Shown: in pieces, positions 25,196 through 37,352 of the stretch
How the letters are laid out: every line of letters begins with the position of its first letter
Numbering within the stretch: the stretch's first letter is position 1
From: Octopus bimaculoides
Taxonomy: Eukaryota
Assembly (NCBI RefSeq): GCF_001194135.2
Contig: NC_068994.1
Span: 28,769,917 to 28,833,916, forward strand
DNA length: 64,000 nucleotides
Reading direction: 5' to 3'
The notes under the pieces: generated by a model
Seen by the model: only the letters and a program-made list of their open reading frames with translations
What the model was told of the DNA's origin: nothing
The model's database searches: none
Position numbers and translations under genes: made by a program

Positions 25196-25634
25196 ATATG
25201 TATGTATATATAATATAGTCATAGAAGGTGTAGAAATGGCGTACTCTGAATGAATAAGGTAATGTAATCTTATGACAGAAAGAATTCCGCGAATTAAGTA
25301 CTCCAAAGCTAGTTGGAAGGATGGGGGTTCTGTGTGAGCATAGGTGGTATATATAATGTGGGTAGAATAAGGTGTTTATAGCTAGGGGGTCTTTTATTGT
25401 AGGTCTATAGTCATGAGTTTATGAAAAATACTCAAGTAAGATTTTTTTATATCTTTTATCTTTTATTTGTTTCAGCCATTATACTGTGGCCATGCTGGGG
25501 CACTGCCTTGAAGAATTTTTTTTTAGTCAAATGAATCGGCTTATTTTTTCCTTTTAAAGCCTGGTACTTATTCTTTCAGTCTCTATTATAGTTATCTATA
25601 TTGTATTTGTAAATTCAAATTATAAGCACAAGCA

Positions 25635-26010
25635 TGGTTATGTGGTTAAGAATCTCACATTGCAACCAGATGGTTGTGGGTTCAATACCACTGCACCGCA
25701 CCTTGGCCAAATATCTTTTACTATAACCCCAGGTCAGCAAATGCCTTGCGAGTAAATTTAGTTGATGGAAACTGTGGAAACCTGTCGTGTGTGCATATAT
25801 GTATATGTGTATGTTCTTGTGCTTGTGTTCCTACTACATGACAACTGGTGTTGGTTTGTTTACATCCCCATAACTTAGCAATTAGGCAAAAGAGACTGAC
25901 AAAATAAGTGCCAAACCTAAAAATGAGTACTGGTGTCGATTTGCTTAACTAAAACCCTTCGAGGCAGTGCCCCTACATGGTCATAGTCCAATGACTGAAA
26001 CAAGTAAAAC
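25635..26010 (+). mobile_element. SINE family A, near full length
   Basis: A-box-like tggttatgtgg, B-box-like ggttcaatacc, family core and 3' actgaaacaagtaaaa. Confidence 0.8.
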
Positions 26011-26162
26011 ATAGCAGTTATATAAATGGGACAACACTGTTACTGCATATAAATATCACAGATTACATTTCAAAATAGCCATTCAGCCATTCAATCAGCA
26101 AAGACTTGTGATATTGGTAAACTGGGAGCTGGATTATTTGGTCTGGTTGTGTTATATATATA

Positions 26163-26442
26163 TGTAAACAATCAATATCACATAATTATTGTATGTGCAT
26201 TGTTAAACATTGTGAAATTGCAGTGCTTCATCCAGGGAGGACTCCTTTAAAGATGTTGTTTAAAAACACAGCATACCTCAAAGAATCTTTCTCACTTCTG
26301 GGGCAATTTTATGTTTCACCTAGCTTTGAGATATTCTGATTTTTATACATAGTACATCCTTAAAGGGTTCTCTCCTGGATGAAGTTTCACAGCATCTAAT
26401 AATACACTACACATTAAGTGTGTGATATTGATAATGTTTACA
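26163..26442. repeat. Fold-back/MITE-like inverted repeat
   Basis: Outer arms tgtaaacaatcaatatcaca / tgtgatattgataatgtttaca; inner arms cttcatccaggga..ctttaaagatgt / acatccttaaagg..tcctggatgaag. Confidence 0.75.
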
Positions 26443-27011
26443 TTATTAAGCTACTTCAAACACAAAATATATAAATATATCTATATGTGCATGCACACAC
26501 ACAGACTCTGAGACTTTGAGACCAGGTCACTATGAGGGCTCTTAATATTTTGAGGCTCCTGTGAGAGGTCATTTGAGTTTGCAAGCTCACTACAATAGAT
26601 ATTCTGAGATGGTGAGTTACTATGTGGGGTAGGGGAGGGGAGGAGTTTGAAATTGAGACTCATTTGAGATTGTAATATTGTGAATGGGGGGAAGGGTAGT
26701 GTGAGTCTGCTTCCTTGACATGTCTAGTGATTTTGTCCTTGTACTTTTGAAGAACAATTTATATGAAAATGCACTGACTAATCAACCCTGATTTAGTCCT
26801 TTATCAAAAGAAAGTTTAAATTTAATTAAAAACTGTTATATTCAGATTGTAAGCCTAATAGTGATTTGAGAACTCCTTTGTTTTATCCAAAGTGTACCTA
26901 CATTATGTTTTAAATATAAAATAGATAAATTTTTTTTGTTATTGACAATCACAAATGAACAGTTTATGTAACTGACCTGTTTTTTTTCTTTTTCTTTTTT
27001 CTGTTTTCTAG

Positions 27012-27109
27012 TTCTTCATGGAAAGGTTTCCAAGACAGTTCATTGGAGAATCTCTTCTACTGAAAGTGCCCAGATAAATTCAACATTGCCATTCTTGACA
27101 ACAACATAA
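27012..27109 (+). other. Candidate exon after a strong splice acceptor
   Basis: Branch-like aactgac (~26970) and a long pyrimidine tract ending ttttctAG at 27011. One frame reads LHGKVSKTVHWRISSTESAQINSTLPFLTTT*. Parent gene unknown. Confidence 0.35.
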
Positions 27110-27404
27110 CTGACACCACTACTGCTTCTACTGTCTCATCTTTCACAAACCATTATACATAAACTTCAGGAAAATAAAAAGGAAATTGCCACCATAAATA
27201 TTTTCATAAACTGAACCAATAATCATAAGTTTTTAGAAGGAAAACAAGGCAAAAATACACACTGCTGTCTGTGTAATTGACTACGAAAAACCAATCTAAT
27301 GTTGGAAATAGTTATTGTCAGTGGAGATCAGTATTAATGTGTGTCTGTAGATATATAAATATATAGATGTAAAAAGACACAGGTACACACACACACACAC
27401 ACTC

Positions 27405-27447
27405 ACATAAATAGCTAGCTAGATAGATAGATAAATAGCTAGATAAG

Positions 27448-27502
<55 letters not shown>

Positions 27503-27539
27503 GTAGGTAGATAGATAGGTAGGTAGATAGATAGGTAGG

Positions 27540-27589
<50 letters not shown>

Positions 27590-27590
27590 T
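27405..27590 (+). repeat. (GATA)n/(GGTA)n tetranucleotide microsatellite
   Basis: Directly visible. Confidence 0.97.
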
Positions 27591-30422
27591 TGTTGGAAGT
27601 TAAGTTGGTAAATAACTAGAGACAGTTACATAGACAAATAATGTATCAATATAATATATAGATATCATTGACACTAATATATCTAGAAATTAGTAGTTAG
27701 AAAGATAGATGAATAAACAGGTTAACAGATAGATTTAGGTTGAAAGATTTAAGCTGATAAAATATATATTTATCAACATCAACAGATGTCTTGGGATGAA
27801 GGCTGATAGATATAAAACTGTGACTGTAAATATATAGTCTGCTGTTTAACTGATATTACTATAATGCATACTCACAGCTTATTATGAGAGAAGGGAGAAA
27901 AGAGAACAATATATAAAAAAAAATTGATATTTTATTAAAAGTGTTAAGTCAAATTCATGAGTGCATGACTGCATGCATGGTGCAAGGTTTTTATCATTTT
28001 ACAAGGACATTTTGGCTGCAATGTACCTGTTAATTGCAGGATAAGGTCAACAGCAGCAGACATCATACTTTAAACTCAATGAACTGCAGTTCTGGAATAT
28101 CTCATATGTAACTAATCTAAACTCCATTTAAGCAAGTAATAGCGTTAGATGTAGCAGCAGCAGTAGTAGTAGTATAGCCAAAACTAGATATTTTATAGAA
28201 CACAACTGGAAGGTATTTGTGAGTTGAATCCATAATTAGTTAGTGATTGTTTCATTTCACTTCTATTTGGTTGCTAATGCCTTTCATAGAATTAACATTG
28301 CACTGTTTCATTCCCTGATCTCTGTAAATCTGAGGTATGTGAATAATTAAGAAGTTATTGTTTTTGTTATTATTTATAGTAGTGTTGTGGTTGATGGCAT
28401 AGCACAGCAATGAATACTTGTTTTCTGACTTTGCCTACTTTACTAAAGCCCTTAAAAAAGTTATGAACAACACAATATCACCTTCCATATTCTCTTCTCT
28501 ACATGATTAAGAGATCGTGTTTAATTAAGAAAATTCTTTCATCATTAGATCGCCATCATCATCATCATTATTATTATTATTCTTATTCTTTAAGAATTTG
28601 TGTAAATGTGTGAATTTGCAGAAGCTGTCAACCCATGGCTATAGTGTGGAGAAGATAAATGTAAAAACAGGAATATATAAATGGAAATAAAACATTACAG
28701 TTGTTAACCGTAGGGTCAATAAAATTGCAAAATAAACACCCTACTGTCATTGTTGTTACCATCATCATCATCATCAACAATAACATCATCATCATCAATC
28801 AGAACTGGCTTAGCTATTTTTTTACAGTCATTTGATGTAAACCTGTTGCACTCAAACTCACTAACTCCCCGTCTTTTTACCTCACAAGTAATCTCACTCA
28901 TACTCAGATGCAAAAGTCACACGGGTAACTGTGTGACTTTCACATGCTCATTCATATAGACTGTTCCATAGAACATTTTCAATGTAAAGACATACTCATG
29001 CTGCACAATCTCCTGCTCATACACATTTGAAGAAAACACAGACAGACTCTCTCTTACACTACAGACTCAATGATATAAACGCCAGTCTCTGAAAAGAAGA
29101 TTTCGTTACATTTAACCCTGATTACCCACATTCTTCAGTCTATGAGGACATGAAAAGCTACAAGTACTTCCCTACTTGTTTTAGACTAACTAACAGTTAA
29201 AGAAAAAAAAAAAGATAGTAAAAAGAAACAGCTACCCATAGTTTCAGTTTGGAAAAAATTATTTCACAAATTATTTCTGTAAATATCGATACTTCATAGA
29301 CATATATATGTAATCAACATGGATATATCCACTTGATTGTGTTGGGAATTACAAGTCAGTTGATATTTAGTAATTGATGAAAGGTGGTGGCTCTTCTCAT
29401 GTTTGCATTGCATAGACGTTGGAGGCCAGTCTCATCATTTATATCATCTATTAAAAATAATCTGTCATAACTTCTACAATCCTTAATTATTTTTAAATAT
29501 TAATTTGATATTTATTGTGTTAAGTTAAAGGAGTGGGGGCAGGCAGGTCACATCGAACTCATCTTTTTCAATTTGCTATCTCATTCATATCATAGACATC
29601 AGAAAACATAAATACACACACACACACACCCATGCAGAGAAATTGAGAGAGAGAGAGAGAGAGAGAGAATGGGAAGTTAACAGAAAAATAAGTAATGAAA
29701 CCAATATTTATGAGCCCAAATGATTTATTCATGAAGAAGGGCATGATTTTTCTAGTTTCTGTTGTATTAAAAAGCTCTTTTTGATCTATTCCTGGATAGA
29801 AGGCTAGTCTGTTGCTGGCTAATTTCACTGCTATCACCATCAGCAGACTCTTTAAGTGGTGCCTGTTTTATCCATTCTACTGAAAAAGTTTGACAAAATA
29901 CAAACCAAAAAAAAAATAATAAAAGGGCATGATGAAGTAAATAGTTTAGGTGGATATAGCTTAATTATGTTAGATGTAAATGAGGTGTTTTTGATATTGA
30001 CCTAATATCACTTCCTGCATTCATAGACCAGCTGCACTAAGCACCCACTTTAAAAAGTATATGTGCAAAATATATAACAAGGGGAGATCTGCAGAAGATA
30101 GTGAATTGGTTCCAGTATTTAAGTTATTCTCTTCAGCCTGGTGAGTTTTTTTTTTCATTCCAACAATGGACTGCAAGAGACTTCTGCTGCATCAAGACAA
30201 CAATAAATCAATGTTATAGAATTTGGATGTTAACTCTTTACAAGATTGCTCTTCACAATTTGCTTTGGTTTTTGATTTTTTATATGCCTATTTTTGGAGC
30301 ATATACATACATCAGTACACTTTTTACACTGACAACTATTTGTAATATACCTTAAATGAATTTAAATACAGATATTTATATACAGCTATAAGTATATGTT
30401 TATATGTATATATATACACATT

Positions 30423-30455
<33 letters not shown>

Positions 30456-30534
30456 ATTTTCAAAATTCCATTCTAACCCTCCAAAACAAATTTTTCATTA
30501 TCTCCCTTCTCTTTCTTGACCAATCTACATTCAG

Positions 30535-30549
30535 TGCAAACTGATCATA
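30535..30549 (+). promoter_or_regulatory. Exon start upstream of the zinc-finger ATG (acceptor AG at 30533-30534)
   Basis: Pyrimidine tract tctcccttctctttcttgacc...ttcAG, then 15 in-frame nt to the ATG. Candidate upstream donor CTG|GTGAGT at 30140/30141. Confidence 0.55.
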
Positions 30550-32004
30550 ATGGAAAAATCTTTCACATGTGAAATTTGTCAAAAGACATTCACCCGTCGA
30601 TCAAACTTGACCCGACATGTCTCAAACTGTCACAGAGACAGAGAAGTAGTAGAAAAATCAGAGAACAATGTCAGCATGGAAGAAACCAACGACGTCAGCT
30701 TGAGCAACAGCCCAATGGGTGTATTTTCCTGTAACATATGCCTACAAGGCTTTACCTTGAACTCTCAACTTCAAGCTCATGCTCGGGAACATGAGGCAGA
30801 AAGTGGTGTCAGTAGTGAGAACATAAATTCAGTTGCTAATACTGATACAAAAAGTGACGAAGTCAGTTCTAGTGTCGAGAGTCTTGGAATGGTGAACCCT
30901 TCTATTAGCCCAATTATTACTACTGATAACAATAATTTGAATAATGGTCCTGATGTTGCTTCTTCAGAAGTTGTTGTCACCACAGATGTGTTAAATCATG
31001 ATGTCACTTCTCCAGTTATGGTTGTCAATGGTGTTGTACGTGGTGATACTACTGTTACTCCCAGTCTAATCAACGAAACTATAAATACCACCACCACCTC
31101 CACCACTGTCTCAGCTATATCTCCCTCACCATCTCTTTTGGTTCGTCACTCAAGTCCTTACTCCTGCTCTATTTGTCAACGAGGCTTCTCCCAGCGATCA
31201 CATCTTGACGCACATGTTCGCATACACTCGGGAGAGCGGCCCTACCAGTGTAACCAGTGCGGGGCAGCCTTCTCTCGAAGAGGTAACTTGGTGCGTCATC
31301 GGCTGTCTCATGGAGGTGAACGAAAACACAAGTGTACTGTGTGTGGACGGAGATTCTCGCAAAAGTCACATCTTCAAGTCCATTTACGGATACACACTGG
31401 TGAACGACCTTACAAGTGTGACCGTTGTGGTTATGCCTTTTCTCGCAATGGTAATCTCGTCCGGCATCGACGAGCCAACAGCAGCGGCAAGCGTAAATAC
31501 AGTTGTGTGCCTCCCACATTGCTGTCAACATCAAGTGGACAACAGTCAACATCAAGCACATCTTCATCGCAAGCTGCTCTCATATCTATGTGCCAAAATA
31601 ATTTGGCACAGACACAAATACAAACTAAAAATGTGGTGAGTGGTTCAAGTCAGAAGGGAGTGAAGACCCATGTTGGTAACAGTGCTGAAGGCAAGAATGC
31701 AGCAGCCTTACATCAGCAACAATTACTGCAAACCACTTCCAATACAACTACCACCACTGCAGTGGTAGCAACAGCACCAACTGCTGCAAGCACCAATGTG
31801 GTTCAATTAGCAAATGTCCCCTATCAAATAATGACAGCTCTCCCAAGTCCCCTAAATGCCATTCAGCCAGTGACTAGTTACCACTCCCTGGCTAATGTCC
31901 CCCATCAGCTAGTCACTGTTCCACAACCAATTAGTGTCCACCAACTGGCCAGTCTAGGTAATATTGCCAGCATCCCTCTTCACATTGATGTACCAACAAC
32001 ATAA
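30550..32004 (+). CDS. C2H2 zinc-finger protein, 484 aa: two isolated N-terminal fingers, a four-finger cluster (last finger lacks the second His) and a Q/T/S-rich C-terminus
   Basis: Uninterrupted 1455-nt ORF. CxxC-x12-H-x3/4-H motifs at aa ~7, ~61 and ~206-312; SGERPY and TGERPY linkers. Confidence 0.95.
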   Translation: MEKSFTCEICQKTFTRRSNLTRHVSNCHRDREVVEKSENNVSMEETNDVSLSNSPMGVFSCNICLQGFTLNSQLQAHAREHEAESGVSSENINSVANTDTKSDEVSSSVESLGMVNPSISPIITTDNNNLNNGPDVASSEVVVTTDVLNHDVTSPVMVVNGVVRGDTTVTPSLINETINTTTTSTTVSAISPSPSLLVRHSSPYSCSICQRGFSQRSHLDAHVRIHSGERPYQCNQCGAAFSRRGNLVRHRLSHGGERKHKCTVCGRRFSQKSHLQVHLRIHTGERPYKCDRCGYAFSRNGNLVRHRRANSSGKRKYSCVPPTLLSTSSGQQSTSSTSSSQAALISMCQNNLAQTQIQTKNVVSGSSQKGVKTHVGNSAEGKNAAALHQQQLLQTTSNTTTTTAVVATAPTAASTNVVQLANVPYQIMTALPSPLNAIQPVTSYHSLANVPHQLVTVPQPISVHQLASLGNIASIPLHIDVPTT

Positions 32005-32494
32005 AACTGTGTTTAATGTAACATTGTGATGCTTGCAAGCATTCGGCATAAATATGCAAAAAAAAAAAGAAAGAAAGAAAACTCCTGGAAAAAATTAGAC
32101 CTTTCAGGAATCTGGCCCTGGAGAACAGAGTAGTTTTTCTTTTTCTTATTTTAAACACTGAAGAAACAAAGGTTAAACCAAACAGAAAAAGAGGGTGACA
32201 TGGTAACAAAAGAAATAAATTGACAGACTGACTGCATAAAATGTATAAAGAAAAAGGGTTAGTGTGAGAGAATAAGGGATAGTAGGATGAAAGAAAATTA
32301 GAAAGTATATGAAAGGGTGTGGAAAAGCATTAGGATAAAAGAGAGCTAGAAGATTGAAAATGAAAGGGAATAGAGAAAGAGGTTGTCTGAGATAGAGGAT
32401 AGTAAGAAAAGAAGTTTGTGTGTTTTAGGGAAAACAAATAAATAAGTGATTTTGTATATGTAGAATAATATGCATATGTGTGTGGGTGTGTATA

Positions 32495-32860
32495 TTTTTT
32501 TTTACTTGTTTCAGTAATTTGATTGTGGCTATGTTGGAGCACCACCTTGAAGGGTTTTAGTCAAACAAAAATGACTTCACGACTTATTTTTAAAGCCTAG
32601 TACTTATTTTATCAGTCTCTTTTGCTGAACTGCTAAGTTACAGGGACATAAACACACCAACACTGGTTGTCAAGTGGTGAAGGGGGGATAATCACACACA
32701 CACACACACGTATATATACATACAATAAGAGTCTTTTAGTTTCCATTTGCCAAATCCACTCACAAGGCTTTGGTTGACCCAAGGCTATAGTAGAAGGTAT
32801 TTGCTCAAGGTGCCACGCTGTGGGATTGAACTTGGAACCATGTTGTTGGGAATATACATA
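32495..32860 (-). mobile_element. SINE family A
   Basis: tttacttgtttcagt...caaatccactcacaaggctttgg...aaggtgccacgc. Confidence 0.85.
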
Positions 32861-33419
32861 TATTTTCAGTTTCTCGCTTCCGTAGAAGCTTTCAGGAAAT
32901 AAAGCATGAATGGAGAAACTTAGGTGGTGGGTTCAGAAAAGTTAATCAGGAAGCATCAAATTACTTTCCCTTTTATTTCTTGTGTGCACACAAGTGTGTG
33001 TGTGTATGTGTGTATATATGTAAAACTTTGCATCCATTATTTGTTAGTGAGCAGAATAGTTTTTTCATGCAATTATTCATATATATATATATATATATAT
33101 ATTTCTCCAAATGTTGTTTTTGTGGCTCAGTGCTCTTTTTACTGTTTACTACTTCACTGTGAAGCAACAGTTGGTGAAATCTGTTGTTAGAGGCACATTG
33201 AAGCAAACAGAGTTATGTTCCTTGCTCAAGAAAACAAGATGATTCTCATACTACAAATTGAAATCTTGTCTAACTGTTCTGTACTCTAACACTTAAATCT
33301 CAGAGAAATTGTGATGCATGATCGTATGATCTTTACTCTCTACTCTGAATTGTACATGAATATTCCACATTTGTTGATAACACTGAAATATGTGTGTGTG
33401 GGTATCTATCTGTCTATCT

Positions 33420-33680
33420 AGGGGTGCCATTGCATAATACCTAAGATCCCTCCTCTCAAAATATGGGACTAGACACTGTAGTAACTTGGGATTCAAGGGA
33501 TCACATCTCTTCAATATCCTCCCAAACGAGCTGAGAGACCTATGTGGTGTGGATGTATATGTCTTCAAAACTAAACTGGATCTCCTACAATCAAAAATCC
33601 CAGATGAGCCACCTTCACAGTAGGAAGTGTGAATGAGAGCAGCAGCATCAAATTCCCTCATTCATCAAATGCCAACTACT
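33420..33680 (+). mobile_element. CR1-type LINE 3'-end fragment
   Basis: LFNILPNELRDL..VDV.VFKTKLD-like; similar to 6400-6600. Confidence 0.7.
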
Positions 33681-34686
33681 AAAGGAGGATTAATGATGAT
33701 GCAGTAATGCCAGTTGGCAGAGCCCCAGCATGGCCCAGCCATTGAGCTGAAACTAGTAAAGAGTAAAGGATATATATATGCACACACTTTTTCTAACTTA
33801 GAGGATGTAAAACTGCTGTGTCTCTTTAATTTCTCTCATGTCTGAAATGTTAGATTTTCCACTCGCCATGGCAAGTTTACTGTATTCTATCAATTTTACA
33901 AAATACTACAAGTCTTGCCAATGCAGGAGTATGATGGTATATACCTGTGTGTACAAAAAATTTGAATACTGGAATAAATTTTAAGTAGTTAGGAGAAAGA
34001 AAAGTGGTTTGGCAAAACTAGTAAAAATTTCATTTCTGTTCAATTTATGATTTTGTTCAAAACCTTTGACTACTCTTCTCAACAATAAATTTTTACTGTT
34101 GTTTGAATTATTTGTATTACTCTTTGCTGACAGTACTGCACTAATTTTTTGAGATTCTGTTTTCTAACATATATATACAAGTTTACATCACTATGTGTAT
34201 ATGATGAAAAAATGTTAAAATTTGATGATATATATTAATATATATACTTCTATGGTATTATATTTATAATACATATGATACTACAAGTGTCATATTACAT
34301 ACACATGTATATATTAACAGTCTCATTTGATTGAGGGTTTCTTTTCAACTCACTGTATAACGTATGTGAAACCTGACCATATACATGTGTCTGTTGCCTA
34401 GAGATGTCATCAAGTATATTTCCTCAAACTTTACATATGTATACATCAGTTAATAAAAGTCTCTCACTGATTGCTTTATAAAATATTTTACAACAGTAAA
34501 ATCCAGTTTCGGGCCAAATTTCCTTGTGTTTGGAAATTTATGACAAGAAACAATCAATATGTGGGTATAAAAATCATCATAATGGCAAAATTTTGAGTTT
34601 TTTTTTTTTTTTGACAGAAATCAATTGTGAATGATGTATTTTTATTTTTACTTATGTAAAAAAAATAACAAAAACAATGCTTGCTT

Positions 34687-34721
<35 letters not shown>

Positions 34722-35712
34722 TTACACACACACTCATACTCACATGTGCACAGACACATACATAAATTGGTCAGTTGCACATAGATGGCTGATGAAATGG
34801 TCTGGTTATATGGTTAAGATAATGTAATACATCATTGAACAAATAAAAAAAACCATTCTATGGAAACAACAGTAATACAGCGTGAACAATGTCTCTATTC
34901 CCGTTCTTTTATTTTATATATGTGTGTGTGTGTGTGAGAGAGAGAGTTAAAAGCTTCTTTATTGGTAGAGAATTGATGTGAGGTAAAATAAACAAGTTAA
35001 GTTAGAAAATATGTAAATGAATGTGAAATAATATTTACAAAGGTAGAAATCAGAGTAGTGGTGGCAGCAGTGAAATCTATTTCATTCAATTCAGTAAACT
35101 TTCTTTATCACAAGAAACATAAAATGTGCTATAAAACAGCTCATCCAATCAGTTATGCCACATTTTCAAGACCTTTGCTTTTATGAACATCCAATTTGTA
35201 CATGCCATAGAAAATATGAAATTTATACATTGCACATATGAAACATGAAATATGTACATTACAAATACAAAACTATTTCCATGTAATCACCATTGAAATT
35301 AACTTTTTTTTAAAAAATATTTAAGAAGACTTTTAAAAACTCTTTTTTCACTATCTTTGTAAAATTTCATGAATTTGTAACCATTGGCCATTTACAGTTT
35401 TGCAATGTTTGTGTCAGTGTCTATCTGCTGATATAATAATACATACACACACACATATATACACACATGTATTATATATGCCTTGTAGAGTAGAGAGTCT
35501 TTGGTAAGACAAACTTGTGAGAAGTTTACACTCCTGGTTCATGTAATTTCACCTCAATGACGTCACTAAATGCCCTAAAAAATGTATGAGTATTACAACA
35601 CTCAATAAAATTATATGTATGAAGTACATATATATAAATATATACATACATACACACACATAAATAACAATGTTTTAATTGAACTTTATTACATTTCAAT
35701 GTATTTTTATCA

Positions 35713-35769
<57 letters not shown>

Positions 35770-36023
35770 TTCACACATGTATAGGTGCATAAACATCTTA
35801 TTTGCTTCTGTTACGTAGGCATACAATCTGCATTTAATTTTTGACTAGAGTTTATTTGCAATATTTAAATGAGATATGTACTAAAAACAACAAAAAATTA
35901 CACCAGCATTCACATTGAGTACAAATCAGACACACACACACATACATACATACATACATACATACATGCATACATGCATACATACATACATGCATGCATA
36001 CATACATACATACGTACATACAT

Positions 36024-36241
36024 AGTAATCCCTTGCCATATTGCAGTACACCTATCATGGTTTATTATTTAAACTTACATCGATTCTTCCATGGTACTGT
36101 GTAGCATTTATGATTAACTGTATACAAATTATAAAAATTATTAACAAAATATACAGTACAGTGCTGTTTTTACTTCGTGGATTTTCACCTACCACAGGGG
36201 GGTTTCGGAATGTAGCACCCGTAATTGTTGAGGGATTACTG
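36024..36241. mobile_element. Tigger/pogo-like MITE
   Basis: Ends agtaatccct... and ...agggattactg in TA context. Confidence 0.65.
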
Positions 36242-36375
36242 CATATATCATCATCATCATCATCATCGTTTAACGTCCGCTGATGATGATGATGATGATA
36301 TATGCAGTAATCCCTCAACAATTACGGGTGCTACATTCCGAAACCCCCCTGTGGTAGGTGAAAATCCACGAAGTA
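36171..36375. repeat. Perfect 95-bp inverted repeat around a 15-nt RTE-tail remnant
   Basis: 36171-36265 is the exact reverse complement of 36281-36375; spacer tcgtttaacgtccgc. Confidence 0.95.
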
Positions 36376-36589
36376 TATATATATATATATATATAAATAC
36401 TTACATATGTATGTATATATATATGTGTATATATATATATATATATGTGTGTGCGTGTTTGTATATATATATATATATATATATATAAATATATACTTAC
36501 ATATATATGTATGCATATATATTTATGTGTATGTATATATATGTATACATATATGTGTATGTTCGTACATGTATATGTGTGTGTGTGTG

Positions 36590-36865
36590 TGGAGGCGCAA
36601 TGGCCCAGTGGTTAGGGCAGCAGAATCATGGTCGTAAGATCGTAGTTTCGATTCCCAGACCGAGCATTGTGAATGTTTATTGAGCGAAAACATCTAAAGT
36701 CCCATGAGGCTCCGGCAGGGGATGGTGGTGAATCCTGCTCACAACGTTAAGGGTACACATGTCTGTGGAGTGCTCAGTTACTTGCACATTAATTTCACGA
36801 GCAGGCTGTTCCGTTGATCGGAACAACTGAAACCCTCATTGTCGTAACTGACAGAGTGCCAACAA
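36590..36865 (+). mobile_element. tRNA-derived SINE (family C)
   Basis: A box TGGCCCAGTGG, B box GTTTCGATTCCC, followed by a non-tRNA body. Confidence 0.85.
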
Positions 36866-37352
36866 CATATATATATGCACACACACATATATATGTATGC
36901 ATATATATATATATATATATATATATTGCATGATAGTATTGCCCTTACTTGTTGCATGAAAGAAGTACTGTAAGGGGGTAAGCATTAGGAAGGGCATCCA
37001 GCCCTAGAAGTGATCCAAAGTAGACACTAGAACACAATACAGTCCTTGGACCCATCAGATCTTTTCAAACCATCCAGCCTATTCTAGTGTGGAACATGGA
37101 TGATGTTGATATATATTATTAATCAGTTGTAGGATTTGTTAGAATCAAGATATTCTAACATACAGGATGGTGGGCATGGGTCAAGTATCACGCGTGTGTA
37201 GATGTATTATAAACATGCACCCATTTATATATACATATATATACAAATACACATGCACACACACAGAGGTTCCCAAGTTATAGATCCAACAAAGAAATGG
37301 TTCCAGTTATGTCATTTGTATAATAGAAGAACACAAGTGGAGTTTAAAGATT

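Noticed and set aside
30550-32080. ZNF as a processed retrocopy because of the A-rich tract at ~32056-32080
   Set aside because: No TSD, a splice acceptor precedes the ATG, the ORF is intact, and single coding exons are normal for such genes.
36590-36665. Functional tRNA gene
   Set aside because: A and B boxes are present but the cloverleaf is broken and a SINE body follows.
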